From: Octopus sinensis
Lineage: Eukaryota
Direction: 5' to 3'
DNA length: 64,000 nucleotides
Assembly (NCBI RefSeq): GCF_006345805.1
Contig: NC_043007.1
Location: 77,004,001-77,068,000 of the forward strand
Numbering within the stretch: the stretch's first letter is position 1; every line of letters starts with the position of its first letter. The translations under genes and the position numbers were made by a program. This document shows, piece by piece, positions 27,188 through 39,730 of the stretch. The notes under the pieces are model-generated. The model was given only the letters and a program-made list of their open reading frames with translations. It made no database searches and was not told the DNA's origin.

Positions 27188-28003
27188 TAGATAGATAGAT
27201 AGATAGATACATGAGTACATGTAGATACATATATGCATACATGTGTACACACAAAGTCTATATGGATGTATGTAGATATAATTAAAATTCAAGCCAATTC
27301 AAGAATTCACACTAGGTATGGTAGTGGTGGTGGAGGTGACGGCAATAGTGTTTGAAGGTAATTGTGGGATGTTCCAAAAATAACACAGGGTAACTGTCAC
27401 CAAGACTAGTTTTTTTTTTTTTTCCTTGTGACAAATTATTTCCTTGAGTCTAAAACAAATAAACTGCTTGGGGGATTTATGCTAAATGTAAAAAGAATGT
27501 TGGGAAAAGATTTTAGCACTGGCCAGCAGTAGCTTGAGGTCAGCAAGTGTACGACTGGAAGCCTGTAGAAGATTACTGAGATCTGCAGAATTCCCTTAGG
27601 AAGAAACTTTCGGTCTGCCCTCATGTCTATCTATGTAGGTTTACACATTTATAATTAGCAATTTTAGTCTAATTGTGCTATCATTATTGCGATAAGAACA
27701 AAGGTGTCGAGTTGGCAGAATTGTTAGTAAGCCAAACACAATGCTTAGCAGCATTTTTCGTAACTCTTCACATTCTGAGTTCAAGGCTCACTGATGTTAA
27801 TTTTGACTTTCATAGCTTAAGGGTTGATAAAATAAAGTACCAGTCAAGTACTGGGATTGATGTAATTGAATTAGCCTCTCTTCATAGAATTGCGACCCTT
27901 GAACTTTGTAACGGTCCAGTGATCCATTCAAGGGAATGTAAATCAGGTAACAACCCTTATGAGTTTCAGGGCTCAAGGATAAAAAAAAAAAAAATTATCA
28001 TAG

Positions 28004-28535
28004 ACATGGGTCTGGCTGTGTGGTAAGAAGCTTGCTTCCTAATCACATGGCTCAGGGTTCAGTCCCACTGTGTGCTACCTTGGGCAAGTGCCTTCTACCA
28101 TGGCCTTGGGCTGATCAAAGCACTGAGTGGATTTGGTAGAAGGAAACTGAAAGAAGCCCATCATATATATGTGTGTGTGTTTGTCTTTTACTACCACTTG
28201 GCATCTTGGCTAAGTGTCTTCTACTACAGCCTTAGGTCAACCAAAACCTTGTAAGAGGATTTGGTAAATGGAAACTAAAAGAAGCCTATAATGTGTGTGT
28301 GTGTGTGTGTGTCTTTGCACTTGCTTTGACTGATTGACAACTGATTGACAACTGGTGTTGGTGTGTTTATATCACTGTAACTTAGCAATTTGGCAGAGAG
28401 AGACTGATAGAATGAGTACCATGCTTACAAATAAGGAAAAAAAAAAACTATTGGGGTCAATTCATTTGACTAAAAGTTCTCCAGGGCAGTACTCTGGCAT
28501 GGACAGAATCTAATGTCAAACAAGTAAAAGATAAG
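28004..28535 (+). mobile_element. SINE family A, older copy with internal duplication of the CORE-like segment
   Basis: Head at 28004; segment cttgg(g)caagtg..ggaaact..aagaagcc occurs twice (28078-28160 and 28205-28287). Confidence 0.7.
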
Positions 28536-30077
28536 AGATAAAATATCATAGTTGTTTTACATAAGAAATCTTGTAACCCATTGTATCACTATGCTGGCAA
28601 TAAAATAGGTTCTAGCTGTATACCATATAGTAATGAATCAGCCACTAAGAGATTGTTTTTTTTTTTCTTTTTCGAGGGTTGTGTTTGTGTGTATCTATGT
28701 GCATGGAAGGATTTCCAAATGATCTTGAGGGGTTAACAAAACACTTGCCAGTGATTTCAGTTCTCTCTTGCTTATAGTGCCATGTCCAAGGGACATGACA
28801 CTTATTTCTATCAAGAACAACTAACCCATAGAATGGGAGGTACCTTGGGTTATGGTAATAGGAAATGATGAATCAACCATGCAGTCAGCCTTCAATAAAC
28901 CTAGTAATTCCTGTTCCAGAAACTTCTATTCTACTCTGAAATGGGTGGATAAGTTTATAAAATGAATCCAAGATCTGGATTTCTTCAATATGCAAAGCAA
29001 CATGGATTCTGGTTTATCTCTTTTGACAAAGACCTTATGATGATGTTTAGTTCCAGGTGGACCTTGACTGAATAAACCTATGATAAATGTTCCAGCTGTA
29101 GCCATCCAGTATTTCTGTAAGTAAGAAACTACACTGTCTTATGTGTCCTTTTTCTTTTACCATAGACAGTTGAGTGTGATTTAAAAGAGTTTTCCTGCAA
29201 TTTATGGATCTCAGTTGCTGGTTTACGGACATTCTGAGAAGTTTACTGCTAAAAGTAAAACTTAACTCTCAAAGAGATTTGGAATAGCTGTTCCTTGAAG
29301 CCCCTCATCTCAGAGGAAAGGAAAAGAGTATGCAAGGTGGGAGTGGGGAAGCAAAAAACTTAAAGTTTTTGAAAACAAAATTGCTTTCAGAATGCTAATT
29401 TCTGTTGTATGAAACAGAAATACTATAAAAAAAAAATTAGGACGGGTGGGGGTGGGAAGAGGAACTACTCTTTTCTTTTCCCATGGGGTAAAGCGCTTGG
29501 AGTGATAGCTTTTCCAACATTCTGCCAAAAATAAATCTATATATAGATCCTTTGTCAGTATAGAAAACAGATTCTAAACTGATAAAGTCGATAAATGGTA
29601 AAAAAATAAAAAGAAAAAAAAATAAGACAAAGAAAAATTAAAGGAGAGCACATTGGCAAAAATATGAGGAGACCTTCAAAACCAGCAGAATATTAAAAAC
29701 CTAAATTAAGGTGAGAATTGGTGGATGGTTGTACAATGGACTGATTTATTATACATATTACAAGGTGACCAGCACCACTTGAAAAGGGGAGATAATCTCA
29801 AGAATCAAGAATTCTCCAAAGTTGGCAAGCCTTTAAGGAAAAGGACAGGGTTATTGTCTGGAGATAAGACAGTCGGACGTGGGGGGTACATGTTTCTGGC
29901 TCAGACTTCATCAGCACAACACTTGTCTAATCTTTTTCTCCAGTAGCTAAGAAACTTAGACTTCATAGCCTACAGTCTGAGTGAAACAGGTAAAAGATAA
30001 TAAAAAAAAAAATGATTCCAACGTTATATGGAATGATAAACTCAAATCGAGAGAGGGGAGCTGTTACAACAGACTTT

Positions 30078-30492
30078 GGATCTTTTCGGTTTGAACGGCA
30101 GCTTTTAAACATAATTTCTAGGTAACTAGAAAATTTTAAACTTCGTATACTGGTAGAATGTGTTTATAAAACATCTTTTTCTCTTGGCTTTATTGAGAAA
30201 ATTCTATAGTTTGCAAGATATTTGTTTTTCTTCAATTTCTGCAATTTCAACCAATCACTGACGTCTATTGAGGTAAAAACATTCTGTGCCGTATGAATAT
30301 GTCCCTCGTTTAAGAAACAGATTAGGTTTATTTACATTTGTGAAGAAAAAAAAGATACCCTTCCCCATCCCTAACCACCTCTAACACTAAAAGAGATTGA
30401 AATGCAATAGATCGATTCTAGGGTCATAATTATGGGTGACAATTTCATATGACACCGCTAGAAAAAACTGCAGTTCAAACCGAAAAGATCCA
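30078..30492. mobile_element. Unclassified non-autonomous TIR element (family G), 21-bp target duplication
   Basis: TIR GGATCTTTTCGGTTTGAAC / GTTCAAACCGAAAAGATCC+A; ggagctgttacaacagacttt at 30057-30077 and 30493-30513. Confidence 0.9.
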
Positions 30493-31541
30493 GGAGCTGT
30501 TACAACAGACTTTAGTACTCAGTGGGCCAAAATTGGTGACCTGGTTATCATTACTGGTTGTTGCTGTTATTTCATGTGAACACTGCTTAATAAATATTTG
30601 AGGGACAATGTATAAAGACCACAACAGCCGCATTACATCATAAACCCCTATGTGTAGAGAAATCTTCAAGGGGAGTAAGCAGGAGAAGGGGGTGCATAAC
30701 AAATAGACCCTCTCAAAAACCAGATTCTCCTCCGCTCTTTCTCCACCACAGGCAACACACACACACACACACACACACACCACTACCACCGATGCAACCA
30801 CCACCACCACCACCAAAACTTGCTAAACTTTAGTCACAGTCAGATCATTCTGAATTTCACAGTACTTCTCTACTCATCCTTCCTGACAATGAGATTCTCA
30901 ATGGCAACTTGATCTGAGGAATAAGAGGGGAGAGAAAGCGAGAGAGAAATGGAGAAAGAAAAAAAGACATAGGGAGGGGGAAGCAGAAACAGTCAGAAAG
31001 CATGCAAGTCGGCTTCTTCCTCTTCCTACCTCCTTTATTTGCTGTGGAGGACTCTGCACTCCTCCACCACCACCTCTGCCTCGAACTGGCAGCCAAACAC
31101 CAACAGAGGTAGCAGTCGTAGTAGCAGAGTAAAGCAGAGGAGTGTTAACCCCACCATCACCACCAACAACAACAACAACACCACCACCACCTCCTCTTCT
31201 TCCCTCCTCTCTATAACACCTCAACTGGCTACCATGACAACTAAACTTAAACCTCTCCTGTGTTGCTGATAAGAGAGAGGAAGAGAGGTAAGGAAAGAGA
31301 GAGAGGAAGAGAAGGAAGGAAAGAGAGAGAGAGAGAAAGGGTGGTGGCAGAACAGTGTGGATCTGATACCCTGGCCAAGAAACATTTTGTTTTCACAGGT
31401 GTCACTTCCACTACATATGGGTGAGTACTTGAGTGGGTGAGTGTGTATGTAGGTGTGTGAGTACTTGTGTCTATATATATAAAACATACGTGTGTGTGTG
31501 TGTATGTATGTATGTATATATATATATATAATATATATATA

Positions 31542-31596
<55 letters not shown>

Positions 31597-32092
31597 GTTA
31601 AGTATACAGTTCATCTTTATCTGTATCAGTGTACACATATCTGCTCATGTGTACACAAAGACACACACACACACATACGCATGTAACCACATAACTGTGT
31701 GAGAGTATGTGTGTGAATGCCAAACAGAAGTGTAAGAAAGTGTGTGTGTGTGTGTGTCTGAAACAGAAGCTATATAACACGAAGTAGGACAGTACCAACT
31801 CCAACACTTTGAACACATAATTAACGCCACCCACCATGGCTTCTCCAGATTTCAGCAGTTACAAATGTTGGGAAGCTCTTTGTGGTCACTACACTTGCTA
31901 GTTATAGCAGCCAGAAATATCTTATCATCGGACACTGCAGTCATGAATATACATAGTGGGGAAGGGGGAAATATAGTTGCAACTTCAGTGATTGTCTGTC
32001 TAGCTATCTATCATCTACTTGTTCCAGTCACTGGATTGCAGCCATGCTGGGGCACCCCACTTGACAGGCTTAGCTAAATAAATTGACCCCAG

Positions 32093-32509
32093 GGATCTTT
32101 TCGGTTTGAACGGCTGTTTTTAACATAATTTCTAGGTAACTAAAAAAATTTTAAACTTTGTATACTGGTAGAATGTGTTTATAAAACATCTTTTTCTCTT
32201 GGCTTTATTGAGAAAATTCTATAGTTTGTAAGATATTCGTTGTTGTTTTTTCTTCAATTTCTGCAATTTCAACCAATCACTGACGTCTATTGAGTTAAAA
32301 AGCATTCTGTGCCCGTATGAATATGTCCCTCGTTTAAGAAACAGATTGGGTTTATTTACATTTGTGAAGAAAAAAAGATACCCTTCCCCCCCACCCCTAA
32401 CCTTAAAAGAAATTGAAATGCAATAGATCGATTCTAGGGTCATAATTATGGGTGACAATTTCATATGACACCGCTAGAAAAAAACTGCAGTTCAAACCGA
32501 AAACATCCA
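32093..32509. mobile_element. Family G TIR element, second copy, 7-bp target duplication, inserted in a family A SINE
   Basis: Near-identical to 30078-30492; accccag at 32086-32092 and 32510-32516; removing it restores SINE text aaattgaccccagtact. Confidence 0.9.
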
Positions 32510-34194
32510 ACCCCAGTACTGTTTTGTTTAGTTTTACAAGTTTGGTGCTTTTTACGTCAGGGTCTTTTGCTGAACTGCTAGGCTATAGAGGACATTGATT
32601 ATTAAGCAGGGTGAGTATGACAAGGGAACAAACACAAACACACAAGCACATATATATGAGGAGCTTCATACAGTTTCTGTCTGCCAAATTTACTTAAAAG
32701 GTATTGGTCGACACGGGCCTAAAGGTGTTGCATGCTAAGATTGAACCAAGAGTGACATGGTGGCAAAGCAAGCATTTTAGTCACATGGCCACAACTGTAT
32801 CAATCTATTTCATATCTGTTAATTGTTTCAGTCATTTGACTGTGGCTATGCTGGAGCACCGCCTTTAGTTGAACAAATTGTCTCCAGGACTTATTCTTTG
32901 TAAGCATAGTACTTATTCTATTGGTCTCTTTTGCCAAACTGCTACATTGGTTGTCAAGCAATAGTGGGGGACAAACAGACACACAAATACATACATATGT
33001 GTGTGTGTGTGTGTATGTATATATATATATATATATATATAGGACAGGACTCTTTCAGTTTCTATCTACCAAACCCACTCACAAGGCTTTGGTCGGCTCA
33101 AGGCTATAGCAGAAGACATTTGCACAAGCTGCCACACAGTGGACTAAACCAGGAAGCATGTGGTTGAGGAGCAAGCTTCTTACCACACAGCCATTATCTA
33201 AAAAGCAAAAGAGAAAAGGTGCGTGGCTTGGTGGTAAGAGTAATTCACCTCACAATCGTAAGGCAATGTGCTGTGTTCTTGAGCAAGACACTTTATTTCA
33301 CATTGCTCTAGTTCACTCGGCTGGCAAAAATGAATTGTTCCTGTAATTCAGTTACGTTCTGTGTCACACCTGAATCTCCCCAAGAACTATGTAAAGCCTG
33401 TGTATGTCTGTGGAGTACTCAACCACTTGCACGTTAATTTGCCAAGCAGGCTGTTCCACTGATTGGATCAACTCAAATATTTGTCATAATCACCAGAGTG
33501 CTATTTTTCTTTTTATCTATCTAGTTATCTGTCTGTCTGTCTATCTACCAATTTACACACACACACACACATACCATAACAGGCATAAACATGAATTTAT
33601 GACTGCATGGTTGTCTACATATGTGTGTACAGTTGAAAAGTGGTAGTGAGTTGTTATTACCAACTATTAAAAGACTAATGTAGACAATAAAAAGTTTCAT
33701 CTTGTAAATCCTTGGCAAATAACTGCACTTTACAGCAAGAAAATGGTAGCTTTGGTAATGTTCACCATCTACCAGCTGGTGCCAGATGGAAGCACTCATT
33801 CCCTTCGAGTTAAAAAAACAACAACAAAAAACAAAGACATAAAAAAAAAATAGTGGCTACATGAGAGTTGTAGAGATATTCAGGATGTGAAACAGGAGTT
33901 CAATGGCCTCAAGGTTTGATGTTTTGCAAGATGAGGAGGAAGAGCTACTCTTTTACTTGTTTCAGTCATTTGACTGTGGCCATGCTGGAGCACCGCCTTT
34001 AGTCAAGCAAATCAACCCCAGGACTTATTCTTTGGAAGCCTAGTACTTATTCTATTCATGTCTTTTGCCGAACTGCTAAGTTACGGGGATGTAAACATAC
34101 CAGCATCGGCTGTCAAGCGATGTTGGGGAGACAAACACAGACACACAAACATACACACACACATATATATTCATCGAAAAGCAGAAAATATGTT

Positions 34195-34244
<50 letters not shown>

Positions 34245-34296
34245 CACACATTGAATGCTGTTCAGAACTAATACTGCTGCCATTGTGAGAAATGAA

Positions 34297-34347
<51 letters not shown>

Positions 34348-35174
34348 GTGTATGTCTATGTATGTATGTATGGGCGTGCATGTACTTGTGTTAGTCTTTT
34401 GTCCACCCCACAACCACTGCTTGACAACCAGTGTTGGTTTGTTTATATCCACATAACTTAGCAGTTTGGCAAAAGAGTCCGACAGAATAAGTACCAGGCT
34501 TAAAAAAAAAGTGAAAATAATCACTAAGGGTGATTTGTTTGACCAAAACCCTTTAAGGTACTGCCCCTGCATGGCCACAGTCCAATGGCTAAAACAAGGA
34601 AAAGCTAAAGTAATAAACACAACAAAAAAGTAATAATAAAATAAAAATCACTGAATGAAATAATTAATTAATAAATTTGAATACGAAAATGTATTTTTCG
34701 TCAATGACAAAAATAGTCTCTAAGACAAGTTAAGAAATAAACGGTCAGAATAAATAGCATTGATTTGCAGAAGAGAATGTCAGCTTTTGTCTGGGTAGTG
34801 AGTGTAACAATTTTATACATAAATAAATCAAACATCTCTCTCTCTCTCTCTCTTGCCTTATCCAAATCCCCCCACCCTTGCTTTACTGCCAATCAATGGT
34901 GTGGTAGTACAAATTGGAATTAATTTTAATGAATGTGAACATCTCAGCGAAGAAAATATAAATTTGTGTATACGGAGGAGATAGTGGGGGGGGGGGAATT
35001 TGATTAGATGACAAAGTAGAAAACTAGTAGGCAATGAAAATTGTACAAGTTGTTGAGTCACTACAGTGTCGGGTGGGGGAGCTCATTGAGCAAGAGAGAG
35101 AGAGAGAGGAAGAGACTGTGAAGAAGAGAGGAGATTTCATGTGTGTATGTATGTGCCTATCAATCACACAAGAA

Positions 35175-35500
35175 CTGGCCCTCCGTCGGTTACGACGATG
35201 AGGGTTCTGGTTGATCTAATCAACAAAACAGCCTGCTGGTCAAATTAACATGCAAGTGGCTGAGTACTCCACAGACATGCATACCCTTAATGTAATTCTC
35301 AGGGAGATTCAGTGTGACACAGAATGTGACAAAGCTAACCCTTTGAATTACGGGTACAACTCAATTTTGCCAGCTAAGTGGACTTGAGTGACATGAAGTA
35401 AAGTGTTTTGCTTAAGAAGACAATGTGCCCCCCAGCTATTGAATTCATGACCTGACAAATTTGGGCCAAATATCCTAACCTCTTAGTCATGTACCATCAC
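35175..35500 (-). mobile_element. tRNA-derived SINE family C
   Basis: ccgtcggttacgacgatgagggttc..aacagcctgct..gggagattcagtgtgacacag..aagtgttttgcttaag; related copies at 7690-8000(-), 33218-33500(+), 41638-41910(+), 56370-56600(-), 58015-58230(-); A/B-box head visible at 41638. Confidence 0.75.
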
Positions 35501-35519
35501 TTTCACACACACACACACA

Positions 35520-35657
35520 TACAAGGGGGTGCTGAAAAGATCCTGGTGTTAGGTAAAAGAAAATACAGGAGGATCAGTTAATTATGATTTCATTCAACAT
35601 TTTCCCCTCTCAGATTCACACACTTATTGCAATGGTCCTTCAGTTTTTCGAAGCACG
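35520..35657 (+). mobile_element. mariner-like MITE end
   Basis: TA-CAAGGGGGTGCTGAAAAG start, typical of mariner TIRs; no partner end found. Confidence 0.5.
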
Positions 35658-36779
35658 TCATGTTCTTAATGAAAAATGATTTCATTTCATGTTGCTCTGC
35701 AGGTGGGAGAGTGGAAGAATCATTACTGTGCTGGCAGAAATGTTTTATAGTATATATTCCCATTCTCTATGTTCTGAGTTCAAATCCCACCTGCATGGAG
35801 AGGGCAACAAGAAATCCCGCGAGTATTTATCCCAAGTCTAGTCACAGTAGTCAAAGTTCCAGTAATCTACTTAATAGCAGCAAGGGAGAGTTTGGCCCCT
35901 CCCAGATCATAAAAAGTGTACTGGAGAAGGTTCATAGGACTTGCCTAAGGGCAGACCACCACTAGACTGCATATATATATGAAGCGAGAAATAGACAGCC
36001 AAACAAGGAGTGATGCAATGAATAATATGTGCAATACAAAATTTCTAAATTACTTGAAATTTGCCACTTAGTTGGGGGAAGAAAACAAAAACCTAGTGGC
36101 AATTATCAAAGACTAAAAAAGAAAAATCAATTTCATGAAAACAAGGCTAATTTCACAAAATTAGTGTACATGCTTAGGGGGAAGCTTTGTTTGCAGGAAA
36201 CAGGATGTTTTTTGCCATATTATCTTTCATCGCTATAAAACACCATTTGGCACATCAGGCCTTAACTTCTTTAACTAAATTCTGGACCTTCATCCACAGC
36301 AAAATATTTTTTTTTAATAAATTATGAAAACTCATACAGGCCAAAAATCTTCATAACTCTTTTTCTGTAAGCAAAACCGGTCAGTAGGTCAAAGTAGGTT
36401 ATGCATATAATGCCATGTTGATGAGACCCAATGTTAAAACCTGACCATAGTTGTCCCACTGCTTGCAAATAAAGATCAGACTTTCCCTTAATCTTCCTCC
36501 ATTGATGATTGAATATTCTAACACATGAAACTTTGATAACTTAAGCAAGACTGATACCAATATGTACAAATTATATCAGTTCCAATATATTTAGATACCT
36601 ACACATTCACATGATGTGTGTGTGTGTGTATACTGCAGTTTAGCAAGTTTTCAATGATATATCTGCTTTAAGCATGATACAAAGATTACAATTTTTAACT
36701 AATACAGCTGCCATCACTAATAATGAATGTGTGTGTGTGTGTGTGTGTGTGTATACGCGAATGAATATATATATATATA

Positions 36780-37191
36780 GGCGCAGGAGTGGCTGTGTGG
36801 TAAGCAGCTTGCTAACTAACCACATGGTTCCGGGTTCAGTCCCACTGCGTGGCATCTTGGGCAAGTGTCTTCTGCTATAGCCCCGAGCCGACCAATGCCT
36901 TGTGAGTGGATTTGGTAGACGGAAACTGAAAGAAGCCTGTCGTATATATGTATATATATATATGTATGTGTGTGTGTTTGTGTATCTGTGTTTGTTCCCC
37001 TAGCATTGCTTGACAACCGATGCTGGTGCGTTTACGTCCCCGTCACTTGGCGGTTCGGCAAAAAGAGACCGATAGAATAAGTACTGGGCTTACAAAGAGA
37101 ATAAGTCCTGGGGTCGAGTTGCTCGACTAAAAGGTGGTGCTCCAGCATGGCCGCAGTCAAATGACTGAAACAAGTAAAAGAGTAAAAGAGT
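36780..37191 (+). mobile_element. SINE family A, young full-length copy
   Basis: ggcgcaggagTGGCTGTGTGG...GGTTCAGTCCC head, CpG-rich body, gtaaaagagta tail. Confidence 0.9.
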
Positions 37192-37764
37192 ATATATATA
37201 CACACACACACACACACACATACATACATACACATATATGGTAGTGTTTATCACCACTCTAATGAGGGTATTCTCTAAGGGATGACAATACTGCTGTTTT
37301 AAACCCAGGAAGATATCTCCTCCAGCTGGTTTATTCAATGTGCTTTCCACACTTGATATTTATTGCAAGTGGTAGATAAACTTCTGCCACCCTAGCTTCG
37401 AAACCACCAGGCCATGTGATTTCAATCTTCTTGGATCTCTTTGGTGAAGGGCACTCATTTTGCCAGGCATGGCAGCAGTTTAATCTTGCTTGCAATATAT
37501 GTAGAAAATACAGTGTCATACAATCACTGATTTTGTAACTAGGAAACTAGTCCATTAGAAAACCTCTGTTCGAGATAGAAGCAGTATATGAACTAAAAGG
37601 TGGTGTATATTGCCACTTTAATATGCATGTGTGTGTGTATCAATGAATTGTGTATGAATGATTGTGTATGAATGATTGTGTATATTTGCATATATAACTC
37701 TTTAAAAATATAATGCAATATTTGTAGATACATATACATGTATTTTTTTTTCTATCGCTTGATC

Positions 37765-37800
<36 letters not shown>

Positions 37801-39544
37801 CTGTCTATATATATATAATTTACTGACATATATAGGGAGGAAAGGAGCCGTATGAGGAAGGGGGAGACAATGAAAAAGAGAAAGAAGAGATGGGTGTGGG
37901 AGAAGAAAGGCAACTCAATAGCAGATACAGTTAAATTAAAATTTATCACCTATCTGACCTCTGACCCAGTTGTGCTCTGCCACCCCCTCCTTCCAACCCA
38001 TAACTAACCATAGTGCAGACTCCCTAGTTTTTTTTCTTTTTTCTATGTCAGCTTACTGTCAGCCTAATTTGAAGACAGTTAAGTAACAATTATGGAACAA
38101 TTACACGCACTGTGCAGCACTAAAGAGAAACAAGCCCATTCGAAATTGTTTATACACACATGAAGATATATATACACACACACATAGATAAACTGAAATT
38201 CAAGTCAGTCAACAAAGAACTTGGGGAAATGTATAAATAGAGACTTTTCCCATTAATGTGTCTGTTATTGAGCGAACATGTATGTATGTATGTATGTATG
38301 CACGTATGTACATATGTATGTATATGCACGTGCACATGCAAAGGAAAATAGAACTCAGACAGACACACATGTGCAGGTGTGGAGTTGATTGTTTTACACT
38401 GGAAGATTTTAAAGTAACACAAGCACAATTTCAGTGCAAGTTAAAAAAAAATGAGCTCAGACAGAGTGATGTGGTGTGATGAAGCGAGCAAGATGTGTGC
38501 CAGTGAGTGTGTGTGTATGTGCGCGTGCATGTGATGTGTTGCAATGGGTTATGTTATGCACACACAGTCAGGTGTGTGTATGTGTATGTGTGTACGTGCA
38601 ACTGACATCAGTTATTTTGAATGCACCGGGAGAACTCTAAAACAATATTGTTTGAAAGCAACAACAGAGCAATATTAATTAGTTTGTAAGCAAGTTAAAT
38701 TAGACCCTGGGTACTTTCTTATGATTGACACCCAATTTGTAACTTACTCAAGGTGCAGGCATGGCTGTGTGGTAAAAAGTTCGCTTCTCAAACCACACGG
38801 TTTTGGGTTCAGTCCTGTTGCATGACACCTTCGGCAAGTGTCTCCAACTAAGACTGACTAAAGCTTTGCGAGTGGATTTGGCAGCTGGAAACTGAAAGAA
38901 GCCAGTCCTTTGTGTATGTGTGTGTGAGTGTGTGTTTGTCCCCAACCACTGTCTGACAACCAGTGTTGGCTTGTTTATGACCCTATAACCTAGCAGTTTG
39001 GCAAAAGAGACTAACAGAGTACACGGAGAAAAAGTACCAGTAAGAATTTATGAGAAAAAGGCAATGAATTGGAGGGCAAAAATGTAAAGAAAACGAAATG
39101 TTTTGGACCAAAAAAAATCTTTCAGAGAAACAAACAATCACCCAGTCTTTTGCTTTTTTCTTTCTCCATGATGTAGTGATCGCTATTCTGAAAGTCTGTT
39201 GATCAACTATTACATCAGTCTCATGATTGTAAAAGTTGTTTTACTAAGTTGCCGTCATCATCATTTAATATCCATTTTCCAAGCTGGAATGGATTAGACG
39301 GTTTGACTGGGATTGGCATGCCGGAGAGCTGCGCCAGGCTCCACTCATCTGTTTTGGCTTGGATTCTATGGCTGGATGCCATTCCTAACACTAAGCACTT
39401 TACAGAGTGTACTGGATATTTTTACATGTCACTGGCACTACCAATAACCATGAAAAAAAAAATTTGGCTGTTGATAATAGGAAAGTATCAAGCCATGAAT
39501 ATAGTATAACAACAAATTGTTGTATATGTATAACATACCCTAAC

Positions 39545-39730
39545 TGAGTGATTCTCAACCAGGGTCCATATAAGATTTTGTTGTTAAACTTTACGTGCAA
39601 TAAATTGATTAAACTTCTACCATACATAAAATATTCAAACATAATTTTATAATATAATTCTGAATAATATTTCATTATTAAAATATAACAGGATTTTTTA
39701 AACATCGAATGAATATAGGTATCCACCTGA
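39545..39730. mobile_element. hAT/Charlie-like MITE fragment
   Basis: agtgattctcaaccagggtccatataagatt is the reverse complement of the end at 42797-42828 (aatcttatgtggaccctggttgagaaccac); related fragment near 57100-57280. Confidence 0.55.

Noticed and set aside
28840-29310. Possible decayed LINE ORF
   Set aside because: Only faint resemblance to an RTE C-terminus; not supportable by eye.
36780-36850. tRNA genes
   Set aside because: A/B-box heads continue into SINE bodies and lack a full cloverleaf.
36640-37350. Recurring ORF peptides such as YQIHSQG, PGTMWLVSKLLTTQ, YRPRKDERQSRP
   Set aside because: Translations of SINE families A and B, not a gene family.
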